A stretch of 64,000 nucleotides of DNA, from the IMG/VR virus record IMGVR_UViG_3300028581_000010. One strand, written 5' to 3'. The stretch comes from a virus. Its lineage: Duplodnaviria > Caudoviricetes. A program made the translations under genes and the position numbers. Positions 35,668 to 47,100 of the stretch are shown here, piece after piece (position 1 is the stretch's first letter; each line of letters starts with the position of its first letter). The notes under the pieces were generated by a model. The model worked only from the letters and a program-made list of their open reading frames with translations. It did no database searches and was not told where the DNA came from.

Positions 35668-36461
35668 AGATCTTTCAGTTTAGCGTAGAAGCAGTGCAGC
35701 AGTGCTGCAAACCGATACACTGGGTTAAAATAAGTTCTATATATAGCGAGCTGCTCTTTGTCTGCCTCGCCGTCGTAGGCCAGCATATTCTCAACAATAG
35801 GAAAGTTAGACTCAACCTGGCGAATAATCTTCGGCAGGTTGCATACAAACGGGCTCTCAGCCACAACAGACCAGTGTTTAGAGCTATCTAAAAAGTGAGT
35901 AAAGTCTCCGCTGATACGAAATGATAACCCTGTGTCACCTAGGGGTTGCTGTGTAGAAATTAGCCCGGTCGGCGCGCTAACTGTTACCTCGCAGGCAATA
36001 GTTGGTGTCGCGCTTGCGTGTGCTCCATTTACGTACAACTTACGCGCCTTGGAGTAGATTAACAGCTTAGCGGTGGTGCCAATCTGCGAAATATCAAATG
36101 CATCAAAATAGTAGCTTGTATGCTCGTTGCGGGTTAGTGCTCCGTACACATGCATTTGAAATGCGGCGTCGCCCGTTACCTTGGTACGGTTGGTACGAAA
36201 ATACTCAGAAATGCTGTCCAACACATATGTTGTACGCGGGTCGTCCTCCAGTGTCTTGCCTAGCGCTCCTGCAGCCTCCAGTGCGCGTAGATAGCAGTAC
36301 ATTAGAAATTGGCAGTGGTACGTCGATGCATTCTCTGGAAAAAGTAGTGCGTGAAACAACCGGAGGGCTTGCGGCAGCACAACCGGCGCGTATGCTGGGT
36401 TGCCAAACGGATTGTCCGTGGACGACTGATTGAGCAATAGTGTAGTATACTGGTTAAGCAT
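35649..36461 (-). CDS. Hypothetical tail/baseplate protein
   Basis: Position in the cluster. Confidence 0.55.
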   Translation of the reverse strand: MLNQYTTLLLNQSSTDNPFGNPAYAPVVLPQALRLFHALLFPENASTYHCQFLMYCYLRALEAAGALGKTLEDDPRTTYVLDSISEYFRTNRTKVTGDAAFQMHVYGALTRNEHTSYYFDAFDISQIGTTAKLLIYSKARKLYVNGAHASATPTIACEVTVSAPTGLISTQQPLGDTGLSFRISGDFTHFLDSSKHWSVVAESPFVCNLPKIIRQVESNFPIVENMLAYDGEADKEQLAIYRTYFNPVYRFAALLHCFYAKLKDLWQKNT

Positions 36462-36462
36462 C

Positions 36463-36909
36463 TTATAAGGTGTGATGGATTATGGAGAACACAAGCTGGA
36501 ACTGCGCCATAGTGTCGGGCTCAGACATTAAGTTTACAGAAGCGTTTGTCATTACAACAGTGCAAACAAACGAACCGATCATCACCTCCAACTTCTCTCC
36601 ACGAAGAGCGCGTACGGACTCGTCGAAGAAAGTGTTGAGCCCTGGTATGTTGCTGTCGCAGTCTCCGAATAGAAAACCGTTGATAATGAACGCCCCGACG
36701 CCCTTGCCAAAGTGAATGAACTTAGTAACGTCATCAAATGTCAGAAAATATTGCAGAGTTTCTCCGAGCTGAACGCTGGCGTCGCTATACAGAGCCAAAG
36801 CGCTAGGGTCTAGCAAGCTTTCTAAAGCAGGAATACGTATCAAATGCGATACGTTTCCACCAGAGTAGAATACGTCGTTTTGTTGTAGAGCTATAAATGC
36901 AGCAGCCAT
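36463..36909 (-). CDS. Tail tube-like/initiator protein
   Basis: Immediately downstream of the tape measure; beta-rich, 148 aa. Confidence 0.5.
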   Translation of the reverse strand: MAAAFIALQQNDVFYSGGNVSHLIRIPALESLLDPSALALYSDASVQLGETLQYFLTFDDVTKFIHFGKGVGAFIINGFLFGDCDSNIPGLNTFFDESVRALRGEKLEVMIGSFVCTVVMTNASVNLMSEPDTMAQFQLVFSIIHHTL

Positions 36910-36921
36910 TGTATGATATTG

Positions 36922-39900
36922 TTAGCCATTCGGTCCAACTAGCTGAGACACAGCTGTGCCCAACTTGTCCAGAGATCCGGCTAGCCCACTTTGGTTTAAG
37001 CTAGTCATGAGTTCTCGCACCAGCGCCTGTAGCGGGGCCATGTGGTCCTCGGTGGTCTTACCGGCAGCAGCGTCCGCGTTTTTAGCCTGGCCTATCGCGT
37101 CAATTAGCTGATCGCTGGCCTTACCAACTACACCGTATTTCTGCCCAGGGGTGAACGGTGAAACTGCCTCCTCCGGGCCGTCGCCGTCAGGATCCACTGG
37201 CATAAAGATGCCGGTGCGGCCAGTAGCGTCTTCGCTAAACTGCTTGATGTCAAATGAGCCATCTTCCCTCGTATACTCGCGTTTGATTAGAGCTGCACCC
37301 TCGCTAGCGTTTGCATCGGAGCCGAGCAGCATCTTGTCAAGTGTATTGGAGAAAGTATTTACCTGTTCCGCAACCCCCAACTCAGCGTTGCGTTCACGAC
37401 CGGCCTCGATCTGTAGCTGGCCTATAGCGGCAACCTCCCCGCGCTGTGTGCCAGATGTAAATAGTTTGAAAGCCTCCTGGCTTTTAAGCACACCAAGTTT
37501 GTCCATCAGACGATACTGTCTCAGACGAGTGTCGCCGGCTTTGTCTTTAGCTAGATCTGCTGGAGATTTCTTAAGCAACTCCTCGTAGTCTCCCTCAACT
37601 TCGTCCAAAGACTTATCTTTAATGGCAGCCAGACTTTCTGCAGATACCATGTCAGCGGTCACCGCCACATCCTTGTAGCCCATCTTTCCAAGGTGCGCGT
37701 TCATCTTGGCCGCGAGGGCCTCATTACGCTCTGCTGGTGTGCCTAAATTTGTAGCTTCGTACATATCCTTCAGCCCGGCGTGAACTGTATCTGCTATCTT
37801 TTTCTCCTCTGCCCCAACGCTATCATCAACTAAAAACGAGCTGAGCACATTTTTTATCTTTGTAGCACTCAGCGGAGTATTCATGTCAGACAGCGCAGCG
37901 TCGGAGAGCTGCGTGAGTATTCCGGCGTTGAAACGCCCGTTGAGCTTATCCATGCGAGCATCTATAGCGCTATACTCGTCCCTAGTTTTATCCAACAGCG
38001 CCGCCGTCTCTGGGCTTTGGACTCTGTCTAGTTGCTCCAGTATACTGCCCTGGTTAGCCATGAAAAACTTTTGCAGCTCTTCATACCCGCTAAATTTCTG
38101 AGTTGAGTAATCCCTAACAGTTAAGCCTGACTTAACTATATCAGACAAGAGGTTCTCAGCTGTTAGGGGGTTACCATCCTGGTCCTGCACGTCACTGTTT
38201 GTAAGATACTGGCTCATATCAGCCATTACCGAGTTAAAAATAGAGCCTTTTACGCGTCCTTCAATTTTGGGGTCAGCCCTACCTAGCGCACGCTGCATCT
38301 CATTCTTAGACGTTGCCCATAGCGTAGCAGGGCTTATTCCGGTAGCCTCCGATAACTCGCTCATCATTGCGGAGACGTTCTCGCCGTTAAGGCCTTCCTT
38401 GGCGTAGCGATCGATTATATCATAAGCTACGGCACCCTTGGTGTCGTTCTTAAAGCGTGCGTATAGAGCGGAAAGTGTGCCCCCTGTATCGGAGTTGAGG
38501 TGCATGAGGGACTCTTGTGCAATATTAGCGGCAATAGACTGTGTGCCGCCTGCCTGTGCTAGCTGTTTTGCGCTTAGCCCTACTCCAACACTAGCCGCGC
38601 TTTTCACTGCCTCCATACCTATGCGCGTAGAGGACATAGCGCTCATATATTCCAGGCCTGGTGTATTGCGCGCCACCTCCTTAGTACTCTTTATGATTCC
38701 TAGCAGCACCTCGATGCTGACTCCCGCTACTCTAGCTGTAGATTTTACCTTGCGAAGTAATTGCTCGGCCTCGTTGGCACCTGTGGCTGTAGTTAGGTCC
38801 AGGTCGCCTGTCCCAATTAGATCCCGCATAAGCTGAACGTAGTCCCCGCCCTTTCTATCGCGCCCTATGAGTGAGGCTGCCGCGCTCAGCGCACCGCCTG
38901 AGTGTCGTTCAAATTGGTCAGACTTGTCGTACGTCGACCCCTTCGCGCCCAAGGCGTGCAGCTGCGCGGCGGAGGCGAACGCTGAACCGAACTGTTCTGT
39001 GGTTAAACCGCGTGTATTTTCAAAGTTTATTCCAGCAAACACCTTGCCTTCTTTCTCTAAGCGACGGCGTTCTAAAGCTAACTCTTCAAAACTGTTTATT
39101 TTACGCAGGTCGCTAACACGGGCTCGCATATCCGCCACAGTGGCCATACCTTTGGCATCCAGGGCCATACCTTTGCCGAGATCTTTGCCAGCCTCCTTGT
39201 AGACCTTAGCTATAGTATCTGTTGCCTCCTTGGCTGCCTTCTTAAGTAGCTCATCCTTGCCGTCACTATTTTCATAGGCCTGAAGCGCCCCTATTTGTGA
39301 CTCTAGCTGGCTTGCCAACGCATGGCGACCGTATACGTCGCTGTTATGCTTGCCTACGTTGGCGCTAAACGAATAGTTCTTCAGATCCTCACGGGACTTG
39401 CCAGGAAATACCTGGCGTAAATACTCGTCGGAAGAGGTATCTATCATTTTTCTAACCCGCTGCTCCTGTTCATCCCTAAAAGACTTATCCACAGGCTTCC
39501 ACTTGTAGAAATTCTTATTCATCGTGCGCATCACGCTGTCTGTGTCAGCTACAGAGGCGGGTGTTACTCTCCCGAAGGCCCCCATAGAGACGGCGCCGGA
39601 CAAATCTGCGAATAACCCCATCTGCGTGGCCACCGGGTTGCCGCCCATCAACGGTGATAGCAAGCTACTGGCGAGACCGTCTGGAGAGCCAAGGAGCTGT
39701 CCCATAATACTACCAACCTTACTACCAGACAGTCCTGTCAATTGCATGGCCAGACTGCTAGAGAAAGCCTGCCGCTGAATCTTCATGAACTGCAGCGAGC
39801 GCTCCTTCTGAATATACGCATCCATCTGCCCCTGTGCGCCGAAAGGCCTAGGCCTATAGTTATGCCCGATGAGCCCCTGCAACATCACGTTGAGCATGGC

Positions 39901-39984
39901 GTTGTCCCCGTAGCTAGGCCCGAAGGGCATGTACTGCGAGTTATCCGCAAAAGGCGCCGTAGAATTAAATTCAGAACTGTTCAT
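36922..39984 (-). CDS. Tape measure protein
   Basis: 1020 aa, Ala/Gly/Leu-rich and helical; follows the chaperone pair. Confidence 0.75.
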   Translation of the reverse strand: MNSSEFNSTAPFADNSQYMPFGPSYGDNAMLNVMLQGLIGHNYRPRPFGAQGQMDAYIQKERSLQFMKIQRQAFSSSLAMQLTGLSGSKVGSIMGQLLGSPDGLASSLLSPLMGGNPVATQMGLFADLSGAVSMGAFGRVTPASVADTDSVMRTMNKNFYKWKPVDKSFRDEQEQRVRKMIDTSSDEYLRQVFPGKSREDLKNYSFSANVGKHNSDVYGRHALASQLESQIGALQAYENSDGKDELLKKAAKEATDTIAKVYKEAGKDLGKGMALDAKGMATVADMRARVSDLRKINSFEELALERRRLEKEGKVFAGINFENTRGLTTEQFGSAFASAAQLHALGAKGSTYDKSDQFERHSGGALSAAASLIGRDRKGGDYVQLMRDLIGTGDLDLTTATGANEAEQLLRKVKSTARVAGVSIEVLLGIIKSTKEVARNTPGLEYMSAMSSTRIGMEAVKSAASVGVGLSAKQLAQAGGTQSIAANIAQESLMHLNSDTGGTLSALYARFKNDTKGAVAYDIIDRYAKEGLNGENVSAMMSELSEATGISPATLWATSKNEMQRALGRADPKIEGRVKGSIFNSVMADMSQYLTNSDVQDQDGNPLTAENLLSDIVKSGLTVRDYSTQKFSGYEELQKFFMANQGSILEQLDRVQSPETAALLDKTRDEYSAIDARMDKLNGRFNAGILTQLSDAALSDMNTPLSATKIKNVLSSFLVDDSVGAEEKKIADTVHAGLKDMYEATNLGTPAERNEALAAKMNAHLGKMGYKDVAVTADMVSAESLAAIKDKSLDEVEGDYEELLKKSPADLAKDKAGDTRLRQYRLMDKLGVLKSQEAFKLFTSGTQRGEVAAIGQLQIEAGRERNAELGVAEQVNTFSNTLDKMLLGSDANASEGAALIKREYTREDGSFDIKQFSEDATGRTGIFMPVDPDGDGPEEAVSPFTPGQKYGVVGKASDQLIDAIGQAKNADAAAGKTTEDHMAPLQALVRELMTSLNQSGLAGSLDKLGTAVSQLVGPNG

Positions 39985-40331
39985 TTAGGTTTGTTCATCC
40001 TATCGAGCAGGCCTTTCCACTCAGCCATAGCGGATGGGGATGTAACTTCCTCTATTTTATCAGGTTGAGTCTCGGAAGGCAATTTTAAAGCCGTATAGCG
40101 CTTGAGAAGCCTATATACGGACTCTATCAGCTCTTTTGTCATTTTCCCAGACCCTGCGGTTAGCGTGGCCTCTACAGATAGCTGCTTGGCCATGATATCT
40201 GCGTAGACATCGTCCATTATTTTGGCAAGCACCAACTCCTCCCTTAGCTGAGAGGTCATGCACTTTGGCTGAAAATTAAGCCAGCCACGCAGGTAACCCT
40301 CAGTGAGAGCTATTACGCGCCGGCTTTCCAA
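39981..40331 (-). CDS. Tail assembly chaperone, -1 frame extension (gpT-like)
   Basis: Lies in the -1 frame and begins right at the slippery site of the upstream ORF. Confidence 0.7.
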   Translation of the reverse strand: MESRRVIALTEGYLRGWLNFQPKCMTSQLREELVLAKIMDDVYADIMAKQLSVEATLTAGSGKMTKELIESVYRLLKRYTALKLPSETQPDKIEEVTSPSAMAEWKGLLDRMNKPK

Positions 40332-40831
40332 AAATTTTTAGTCTGCACCTCCATAGTAAGGGCCACAACCTTGGCCTCAAACGTGCGGAAGGCTTCCAGG
40401 AAGGCAGCAAGCTTAAAGGTCGACCAGCTCTTTAGCGCCTTAGCTCTGTAGGCTATATACGTATCGCCCGAGTCGATATTCTTAATGAACGCCTCCTTGA
40501 GGGGTAACTTTGTAGGTTTTCCGTCAATAGACTCAATGCATAGTGCGAGCCTATAAGTAGAAAGCGTTATGAAATATGCGTCGTTATCCTGAGCAGTGCC
40601 AGCTACGCGGTCGGCGGCGATCTGGGTGACCACATCGTTGTTTTCTTGCACAGTCATTGTACGAAATTCGACGGTCATCTGCCCGTCGAACAACTCCATA
40701 GTTTCCGTGTAGGGTGTATCCGCAAGGACGCACTTGAAGAACTTCTCCTTCTCTCCTTGTGTAATTTCCGGCTTGCGGACTGCTTCCTTAGTCATCTCCA
40801 TTGTTGTACTGATTGGTTCCATATTAATCAT
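40313..40831 (-). CDS. Tail assembly chaperone (gpG-like)
   Basis: Upstream of the tape measure; ends ACT AAA AAT TTT TGG with in-frame A-AAT-TTT. Confidence 0.7.
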   Translation of the reverse strand: MINMEPISTTMEMTKEAVRKPEITQGEKEKFFKCVLADTPYTETMELFDGQMTVEFRTMTVQENNDVVTQIAADRVAGTAQDNDAYFITLSTYRLALCIESIDGKPTKLPLKEAFIKNIDSGDTYIAYRAKALKSWSTFKLAAFLEAFRTFEAKVVALTMEVQTKNFWKAGA

Positions 40832-43181
40832 TGTCTTCTCTTGTTTTCTGCACTTTGTATTTCTGTAAAGATTCTAGTGTGATCTTTCCTGGGCGTGATT
40901 GCGGCGTAGCTGTGTGTACATAACTTTTATCTCCGCCTTTAGGGGCCTGGAGGTTAACAGGCTTTTCTGTGTCGAAGAAGAATTGCTCAAACTTTTCCTT
41001 ACCAGGGTAAGGCAGTGATTCGTTAATTTCTTTCTCTTTCCACTCTATAAGCTCATACAGCTTACTCAACTTGTCCTCCTGCTGGGCAAGCGTGCTGAAT
41101 ATAGCGTCCTCTTGGTCAATAAGCTTACCATATTTATAAGATTTGAGAAACTTAAACTTCAAGTCATCAAATTTTTGTTCTTCCTGAAATATAGTCTGAC
41201 GGAGCACGTTGTCCAGGTTCTGCTTGATAGGGTCAAAGCCCGTAGCTATGGACACAGTGTCCAGCACACCTTCCAAGCCTGCTGCGGCGGCACCAGCTAT
41301 AACATTGAGCTTGTTGGCAGAAATAGTCAGCCGTTTCTCTTTCTCTCCAAGAACAGTACCGGCCGCGCCAGCCAGAAGTGTATCGCCCTTAGACAGCAAG
41401 CCTAGGCGTGTTTCGGCTACGGCGTATATCGCATTATCGCTGAGCAGCTGTAGTATGTTTTTACTGTATATTGTAAACTTATTGTCGGTAACGAAGTCAC
41501 ATTTGTCTAACGCCTGAAACAGCATCTTCTTCTTGCTATAGTTTAAGATCATCTTGTCGGCGTATGAGTAAATACCTTTTGTAGACTTAAATACGATACC
41601 GCCGATGTCGTCGATGGCGTCTTCCTTCGGATCAGGTGTACCTGGTGTATCTTTCTCGGGGCGCACCTCCATCACAATGCCTGACTTATCGCTGTAGAAA
41701 TACTGCGACTTCTTTGTTTTAAGGCGAAAGCCTCGATCCGTAGAGGAAATATCTACGTCCTTCTTAGACGCGATCGATGTAAAGCCCCCGACCTTGGCCA
41801 CCATGTTGCGCAAGGGCTCGAGAAATAGATCCTTTGCAGGCTGCAGCGATATCTGTCCTCCCTCCATAACAATTGCCGAGCCCCAGGCATCCACCAAAGA
41901 GATGCCCCCGTTCGGCAGTATGTAGACGCCCGCTGTGCGCAGCTTATAGTCTCCAAAACGGGCAGGAGTTGAGTCATCCACTCCCTGAATTTCACTGAGC
42001 GGCTTTTCTTGCTCAACGTCGTCATTTACATAGAAGTCTTTTTTGTGCTCTTTAAAATTCTTGTATCCATGGCTCTCGTCCACGAACGCCAAATAGTCAC
42101 GTATCTGCAGTGCGTATAGAAAGGGGTTCTCCTTGTACCTGTTTCCCTGCTCAAATTCAAACGGGGTCTTGGTTGTGTAGTTCACATCATTATCGCCCTG
42201 CGGGTCAGCGGGGTCATAGGCGCGGTGTGGTACACGTATCCAGGCGGTCTTCTCTAGAAAAATCTCTTTCACCGAGCGAACATACACACCACCGTCAGGA
42301 CTAATGTGAAAGTCCATCATACCTGTGTCTGGGTCTGCGCTAATACCCTCGCCAAGCGCTCTAGGAGTCCCCTCACGAGGACGCACCACCATAAAGCGTA
42401 CCAAGTCACCCAACCGCCCTAAAAAGAGCTTAAAGCGCTCCACAGCTCGAAGTTGCTCCTTCTCGAGTTTATAGAAATCCGCCTTGTCGGTGGCGTCTTT
42501 CTCGCCTTCGCTAAACGTAGGTTCAGCCTCACCTGATACTCCCGATGCTGGCTGCCCGTAGGCTTCCTGCGGAATATGGGTACCACTAAACTCTGCCATT
42601 AGTGCCTGCCCGTCATGATATACAGTATACTCGCCTAAAGAGGTGTAGTGCTGGAAGTTATGGCTGACGATTCTAACCAGGTCATCGAGAAGAAAGCATT
42701 GTACCTGAGCTAGATCTGAGGCGGAAAGCGTGGCGAATAGCTGACTCAGCCCCAGCATTACACCTAGGTCGTTAACCAGAACATAGTCGCCTGGCGGAAC
42801 GTCCGTTGGGCGCCGCTGGTCATACAGCGCCTCTACAGTCTGCTCGTGACCCGCAGCAAACGCCGTATCCTTCTGCAACACACCTGCCCCTAGGTAAGCC
42901 CTTGCTGGGAAAAACTTAAAAGCCTTGTTGTCTTGAGGTATTGTACCTAGAATGTAGCACGAGTTTGTCGTACCTGGCATGCAAAGCACACGGCTGCCGG
43001 GCTGCGGAAGGACTACCTCTCTGAAACCTAAAAAGTTGGCCAGCGTGGTAGATAGCGGCACCCCTTGAATCAGGGTTCCGGCATCTCCTCCGACAGGATA
43101 GTCCTCTCTTACAACGTGTACCGCGAAAGAACCAGGTATTGCCGAAATAACATGTGCTATAAAAAGATCTGAATTTTGCAT
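40824..43181 (-). CDS. Baseplate hub/spike (gp5/VgrG-like) protein
   Basis: N-terminal OB-like PQPGSRVLC; beta-helix-like repeats (GGISLVDAWGSAIVMEGGQISL). Confidence 0.65.
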   Translation of the reverse strand: MQNSDLFIAHVISAIPGSFAVHVVREDYPVGGDAGTLIQGVPLSTTLANFLGFREVVLPQPGSRVLCMPGTTNSCYILGTIPQDNKAFKFFPARAYLGAGVLQKDTAFAAGHEQTVEALYDQRRPTDVPPGDYVLVNDLGVMLGLSQLFATLSASDLAQVQCFLLDDLVRIVSHNFQHYTSLGEYTVYHDGQALMAEFSGTHIPQEAYGQPASGVSGEAEPTFSEGEKDATDKADFYKLEKEQLRAVERFKLFLGRLGDLVRFMVVRPREGTPRALGEGISADPDTGMMDFHISPDGGVYVRSVKEIFLEKTAWIRVPHRAYDPADPQGDNDVNYTTKTPFEFEQGNRYKENPFLYALQIRDYLAFVDESHGYKNFKEHKKDFYVNDDVEQEKPLSEIQGVDDSTPARFGDYKLRTAGVYILPNGGISLVDAWGSAIVMEGGQISLQPAKDLFLEPLRNMVAKVGGFTSIASKKDVDISSTDRGFRLKTKKSQYFYSDKSGIVMEVRPEKDTPGTPDPKEDAIDDIGGIVFKSTKGIYSYADKMILNYSKKKMLFQALDKCDFVTDNKFTIYSKNILQLLSDNAIYAVAETRLGLLSKGDTLLAGAAGTVLGEKEKRLTISANKLNVIAGAAAAGLEGVLDTVSIATGFDPIKQNLDNVLRQTIFQEEQKFDDLKFKFLKSYKYGKLIDQEDAIFSTLAQQEDKLSKLYELIEWKEKEINESLPYPGKEKFEQFFFDTEKPVNLQAPKGGDKSYVHTATPQSRPGKITLESLQKYKVQKTREDND

Positions 43182-43182
43182 G

Positions 43183-43217
43183 AAAAAGCCTCTGTAGTTA
43201 TGATACCACAGAGGCTC
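43183..43217 (-). terminator. Intrinsic terminator after the tube gene
   Basis: GAGCCTCTGTGG/CTACAGAGGCTT hairpin followed by TTTC. Confidence 0.6.
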
Positions 43218-43246
43218 TTCGAAGCAACAACAAACTAGAGGTTATC

Positions 43247-43675
43247 TTAGCCTGGAATAAGCTGTAGGAAGTCGATTACCACGTTGTCCATAACAGTTAG
43301 CCCTTCGGCTTCCGCTTGGATCTGGAACTGGCTCACGACGCAACCGATGGCGGTTACTGTGAAGCCTACCCCGCCTGAGCAGCCACCACCAAAGGTGACC
43401 GAAATTGTGCCTGGGTTACATGCCTGCCACCCCGGCGAGGAGAACAGTAGGCCAGCATCTGTTGTGAGTAGACGGGCCATGGACACTTGCCCCATAGGTT
43501 GAGAGGCGTAAATAACAGCATCTTTGTTACCGATGGTGCGCCTGCGTTGAACTTGTTGGGCATAACTGACGGAGATGTTGATAGCTCCTGTCACGATACC
43601 GCCCCAGCTGATAATAGCCTTGTCGGCTGTTAGTGGCTGCTTGATGTTTTGATCTCCGAATCCGAATAAATCCAT
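43247..43675 (-). CDS. Tail tube protein
   Basis: 142 aa, beta-rich, downstream of the sheath gene. Confidence 0.7.
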   Translation of the reverse strand: MDLFGFGDQNIKQPLTADKAIISWGGIVTGAINISVSYAQQVQRRRTIGNKDAVIYASQPMGQVSMARLLTTDAGLLFSSPGWQACNPGTISVTFGGGCSGGVGFTVTAIGCVVSQFQIQAEAEGLTVMDNVVIDFLQLIPG

Positions 43676-43706
43676 AATTTTCTCCTAAGTGTTAATATTA
43701 TTGTAG

Positions 43707-43907
43707 TTAAGTTAAGCCCAATTGTCGAGCAACATCGTCGAAATTCTTGTCTTCTCCTTTTGTATAGCGCACCCAGCTTTTTCCGTTATCAATAAAGCGA
43801 TAGATTGTATTTGTCTTACCGTCTTCTGACTTGATTAATATTCCGGAAGCTTCTGTGGTTTCCAATAGAACGGGCTGCCTAAAGTCGCCTACAACAATTA
43901 CTGTCAT
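43707..43907 (-). CDS. Small hypothetical protein
   Basis: 66-aa coupled ORF. Confidence 0.55.
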   Translation of the reverse strand: MTVIVVGDFRQPVLLETTEASGILIKSEDGKTNTIYRFIDNGKSWVRYTKGEDKNFDDVARQLGLT

Positions 43908-44176
43908 ACTGTGCCCAGATGCTGCTTAAGTGTTTGCATCTGCCGTTGTACCTGGTCCTGCTGCATTAGTTGCTGCAAGGCCTCGTAGTCCTCTGGCTGA
44001 ATGTCTTGCAACGGAGCGTCCTGTACCTGATTAGGCGCGAGTTGCTTAAACAACTCCTCCGCTGGCTGATACTCCATAGCGCGCTTGTAAGCGTGGGCTG
44101 CCTCATCGGGAGTCAGCCCACACTCATCTTCAGCGAACTTAATAAAGCCTGCTTCGAAGGGGTACATCTCAGACAA
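43904..44176 (-). CDS. Small protein with the GFxKxA..GL module
   Basis: FEAGFIKFAEDECGLT. Confidence 0.65.
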   Translation of the reverse strand: MSEMYPFEAGFIKFAEDECGLTPDEAAHAYKRAMEYQPAEELFKQLAPNQVQDAPLQDIQPEDYEALQQLMQQDQVQRQMQTLKQHLGTV

Positions 44177-47100
44177 TAAGCTTGAGGTTAATATAGTTCA
44201 TCGGATAAGGAACGTTCAATCTCACCTCTACGTCAATCCTATCCTTGAAGTTCGGGTTGATCTGCAGCAATAGGATGTCGTCCTTGGGAGTGAAGCTTGT
44301 CAGCTGGTTCCCTGCGCGTACGGTGCGTGTACCTGTCGCGCGGAAGTTGAGCTCGCCGATGATTGCCTCACGCACAACTAGGAGATTCTCGTAGTTGACG
44401 TTGTATTTGCCGATGTATGGAGCGAGAGCGTGCTTCAACCCGTAGCTGATATTGTCGACGTTAGTCGTAATAGAATCTTCGGATGTGTTCAAGCTGTCGT
44501 TAGCGGTTGTGAGCTGATGTCTGACATATGGCGTAGCCCCCACAACTTCTTGTGTTGCCAACCAGATTCCCTGCTCAGCCATCGTGTTAAGCTGATCCTG
44601 TGTAAAGGTTTCCACCACCTTGGAAAGGTCGTCAGCTCCTAGGAACTCAGTGTTAGTGAGACCTTGGTGAGGGACCACCGAGGAACGGAGGCCTGCGAAA
44701 GCTGCAGCCAGCACATAACCAGGCTTTGTGATGCCGTTGCTCTTGTATGTATCTGGAAACACAACGCGGACACGCCGGTTGTTGTACTCGCCGCCGATGA
44801 ATGCAATGTTTGTCGCACGCTCATCTTTCGTGTAAACACGAACAACTTGCGCTTTAACTGGAGTGTTGATCGGGCTTGCAAGCGAAGAGGTCAGTACTAG
44901 AGACTCCTCCGTGCGGACCTCGTCTACGGTGTACTCGTCATAGATGACGTCACTGTTAGGGTCGAGCCGGAAGTTAACGCGGACCTTGTCGTTCGGGCGC
45001 ACACCATCAGTAATGAAGGAGGCACCTAGGATGGTCACCAGTCTATTCTGAGAGCCCGTTACAACCGGGTCATCGGTGATAGTTGCCGTCCAGGCTGTAA
45101 CACCGTCCTCTTTGAGGTCATATAGGCCGGTAGAAAGGGTGTCCTTAACACCCAGCCAAGCCACACGCCAGCGTCCTACCTCAGGAGTACTATAGGCATT
45201 TGCATGTGACACAACCGCTTCCTGAATGGACCGGTCGAAGGTCATCGGTACAAAGCTGTAGACCTTGTCGTTCTTCTTGGCGATTTCGATAGCAGCGTTG
45301 TATCCTGCCAGATCGTCGGTGGCTACACCAATGAAATATACAATCTGGTTGGCCGAATTTAGTGCGGCGTCATACACACCCTGAGCCAGTGGGTTGTCTG
45401 GGTGAATCTTACCCAGTAGAGCAGCTACAGAGCTGGCACTTCTAACCCCCGAAATAGAGTTCACATTATTCTGCAGTAGATCTCTATGCTGCACGAAGAG
45501 CTTAGCGGCCACTACGGGCAACCGCACAGGCTCGGCAGAGGCAAGCAGGTTGGTCACATATGTCGTGATGCCCGCGTTAATCGTAATGTAGTTGTCTTCC
45601 TGCGACCAGTTAACAGTTTCGTCAACCAAGTCTCTAAGAGAAGGAATCTCAATAGAGGTCTGCGTGAGGAATAGCTTGGCCGTAAAGGTTGAAGCAAGGT
45701 TGAGGGAGGACTCTCCGAGGTTATCGGAAAGTTCCACAATCTTAACAGCTCCAATTTTAGCTGCGGTGGTGGCAATGTAGTAGACATCGCCGGTAATCAG
45801 TCCGCCACCGGCAGAGCCGTCTGCGAAGGTAGCGGTTAGTCCATAATTTCCAACACGGAATGGTACATCCTCCCGAACAAGTACTGCAGCCGACGAATCT
45901 ACATCCGAAGAAGTGATTGTGACTTTTGCGCAAGTGTCGGCGTTTGTGGAACCGTTATAGAATGCCCCGCCGCGAACAACCGTAAGCTTGTAAACCAGGT
46001 CTACAGGAGCTGTGAAGGTCGAAGTCGAGAGTGCTACGGTTGGATTGACCAGCGCGGCGCCTGCCGTAACAGTGAAAGACCAGCTCTGGCCGACAACAAA
46101 CGCGGTTGTGTCAGAGAAGTCTAGTTGAATATCATTTGCATCAGTGTCATCTACTACAAGGATGTCAGCAGCGATCGCCACGTCTGTCTTTGTAACAAAT
46201 GCACCAGCTGCAGAGCTCACGGAAAACTTAGCAGTGGCCAGGCTCGTGCCCTCGGTCACTACAACGGTATATGTGTCGCTCATTATACGAGCGGCAGGAT
46301 AGCCAGCGTAGTTGGTCGAGGAGTTGAGGACAGTTACACCCGTGGCGAGCTGCTCCCCGATACCGAGCCAAGTGTATGTTGGCGCGTTGTTAAAATCTTC
46401 CGTCTGAACACCAACGTTAGCAACGTCATTGTAGATGCCCCCGACCTTATAGGTCAAGTTAGAGGCTGTGCCAGTTACAACTGCACTCAGCGATACCGAG
46501 GTAGCGCTGTTGTAGCCGATGATCTTGTACGTCCCCTTGCCAGTAATCGTGATATACTGCCCAACCATCGCAGCTGTAAAGCTTGTTCCAGTGAACGTGG
46601 TTGTGTTGTTGGAGGCTCCGTTAGAACCTGTCAGCAGTGCGACTCCTACAGTAGCATCAAGCGAGCTGTCACCTACTGTTTTGGGTGTGTCGGCATGCAA
46701 CCCTTTGATCTTAGATTTGAGTACATTTCCAAGGTTGTCAGTTACTTCGATAACATCACCAATTTTAACGTCGCGCTCAGAAAATACGGCATCACGATCT
46801 GCTACGCTGGTGGAAACAAGGTTGACGGTGGAGAAGCGTACGCGATTCGTGTGTGTGCTTCCGTTGTCAGCAAGCACCTTTGTCACTGCTGCGTCGCCAG
46901 AATCCGAGCCTAGCGACGCGTTTGGAAAATAGAGGGCCTCGACGGCTTCTGCAAATACCTTCGTGTAGTCGTGATCCACATTTCCGCCAGCTGGCACATT
47001 TGGAAAGCTGTAAGTTACGTCCAAGAGATACTGATACTTGTTAGCCAGTACGCTGTCGTCGGGATTAACGACGGCTGTGAGCTGTTTCTCGAGTGCTTCA

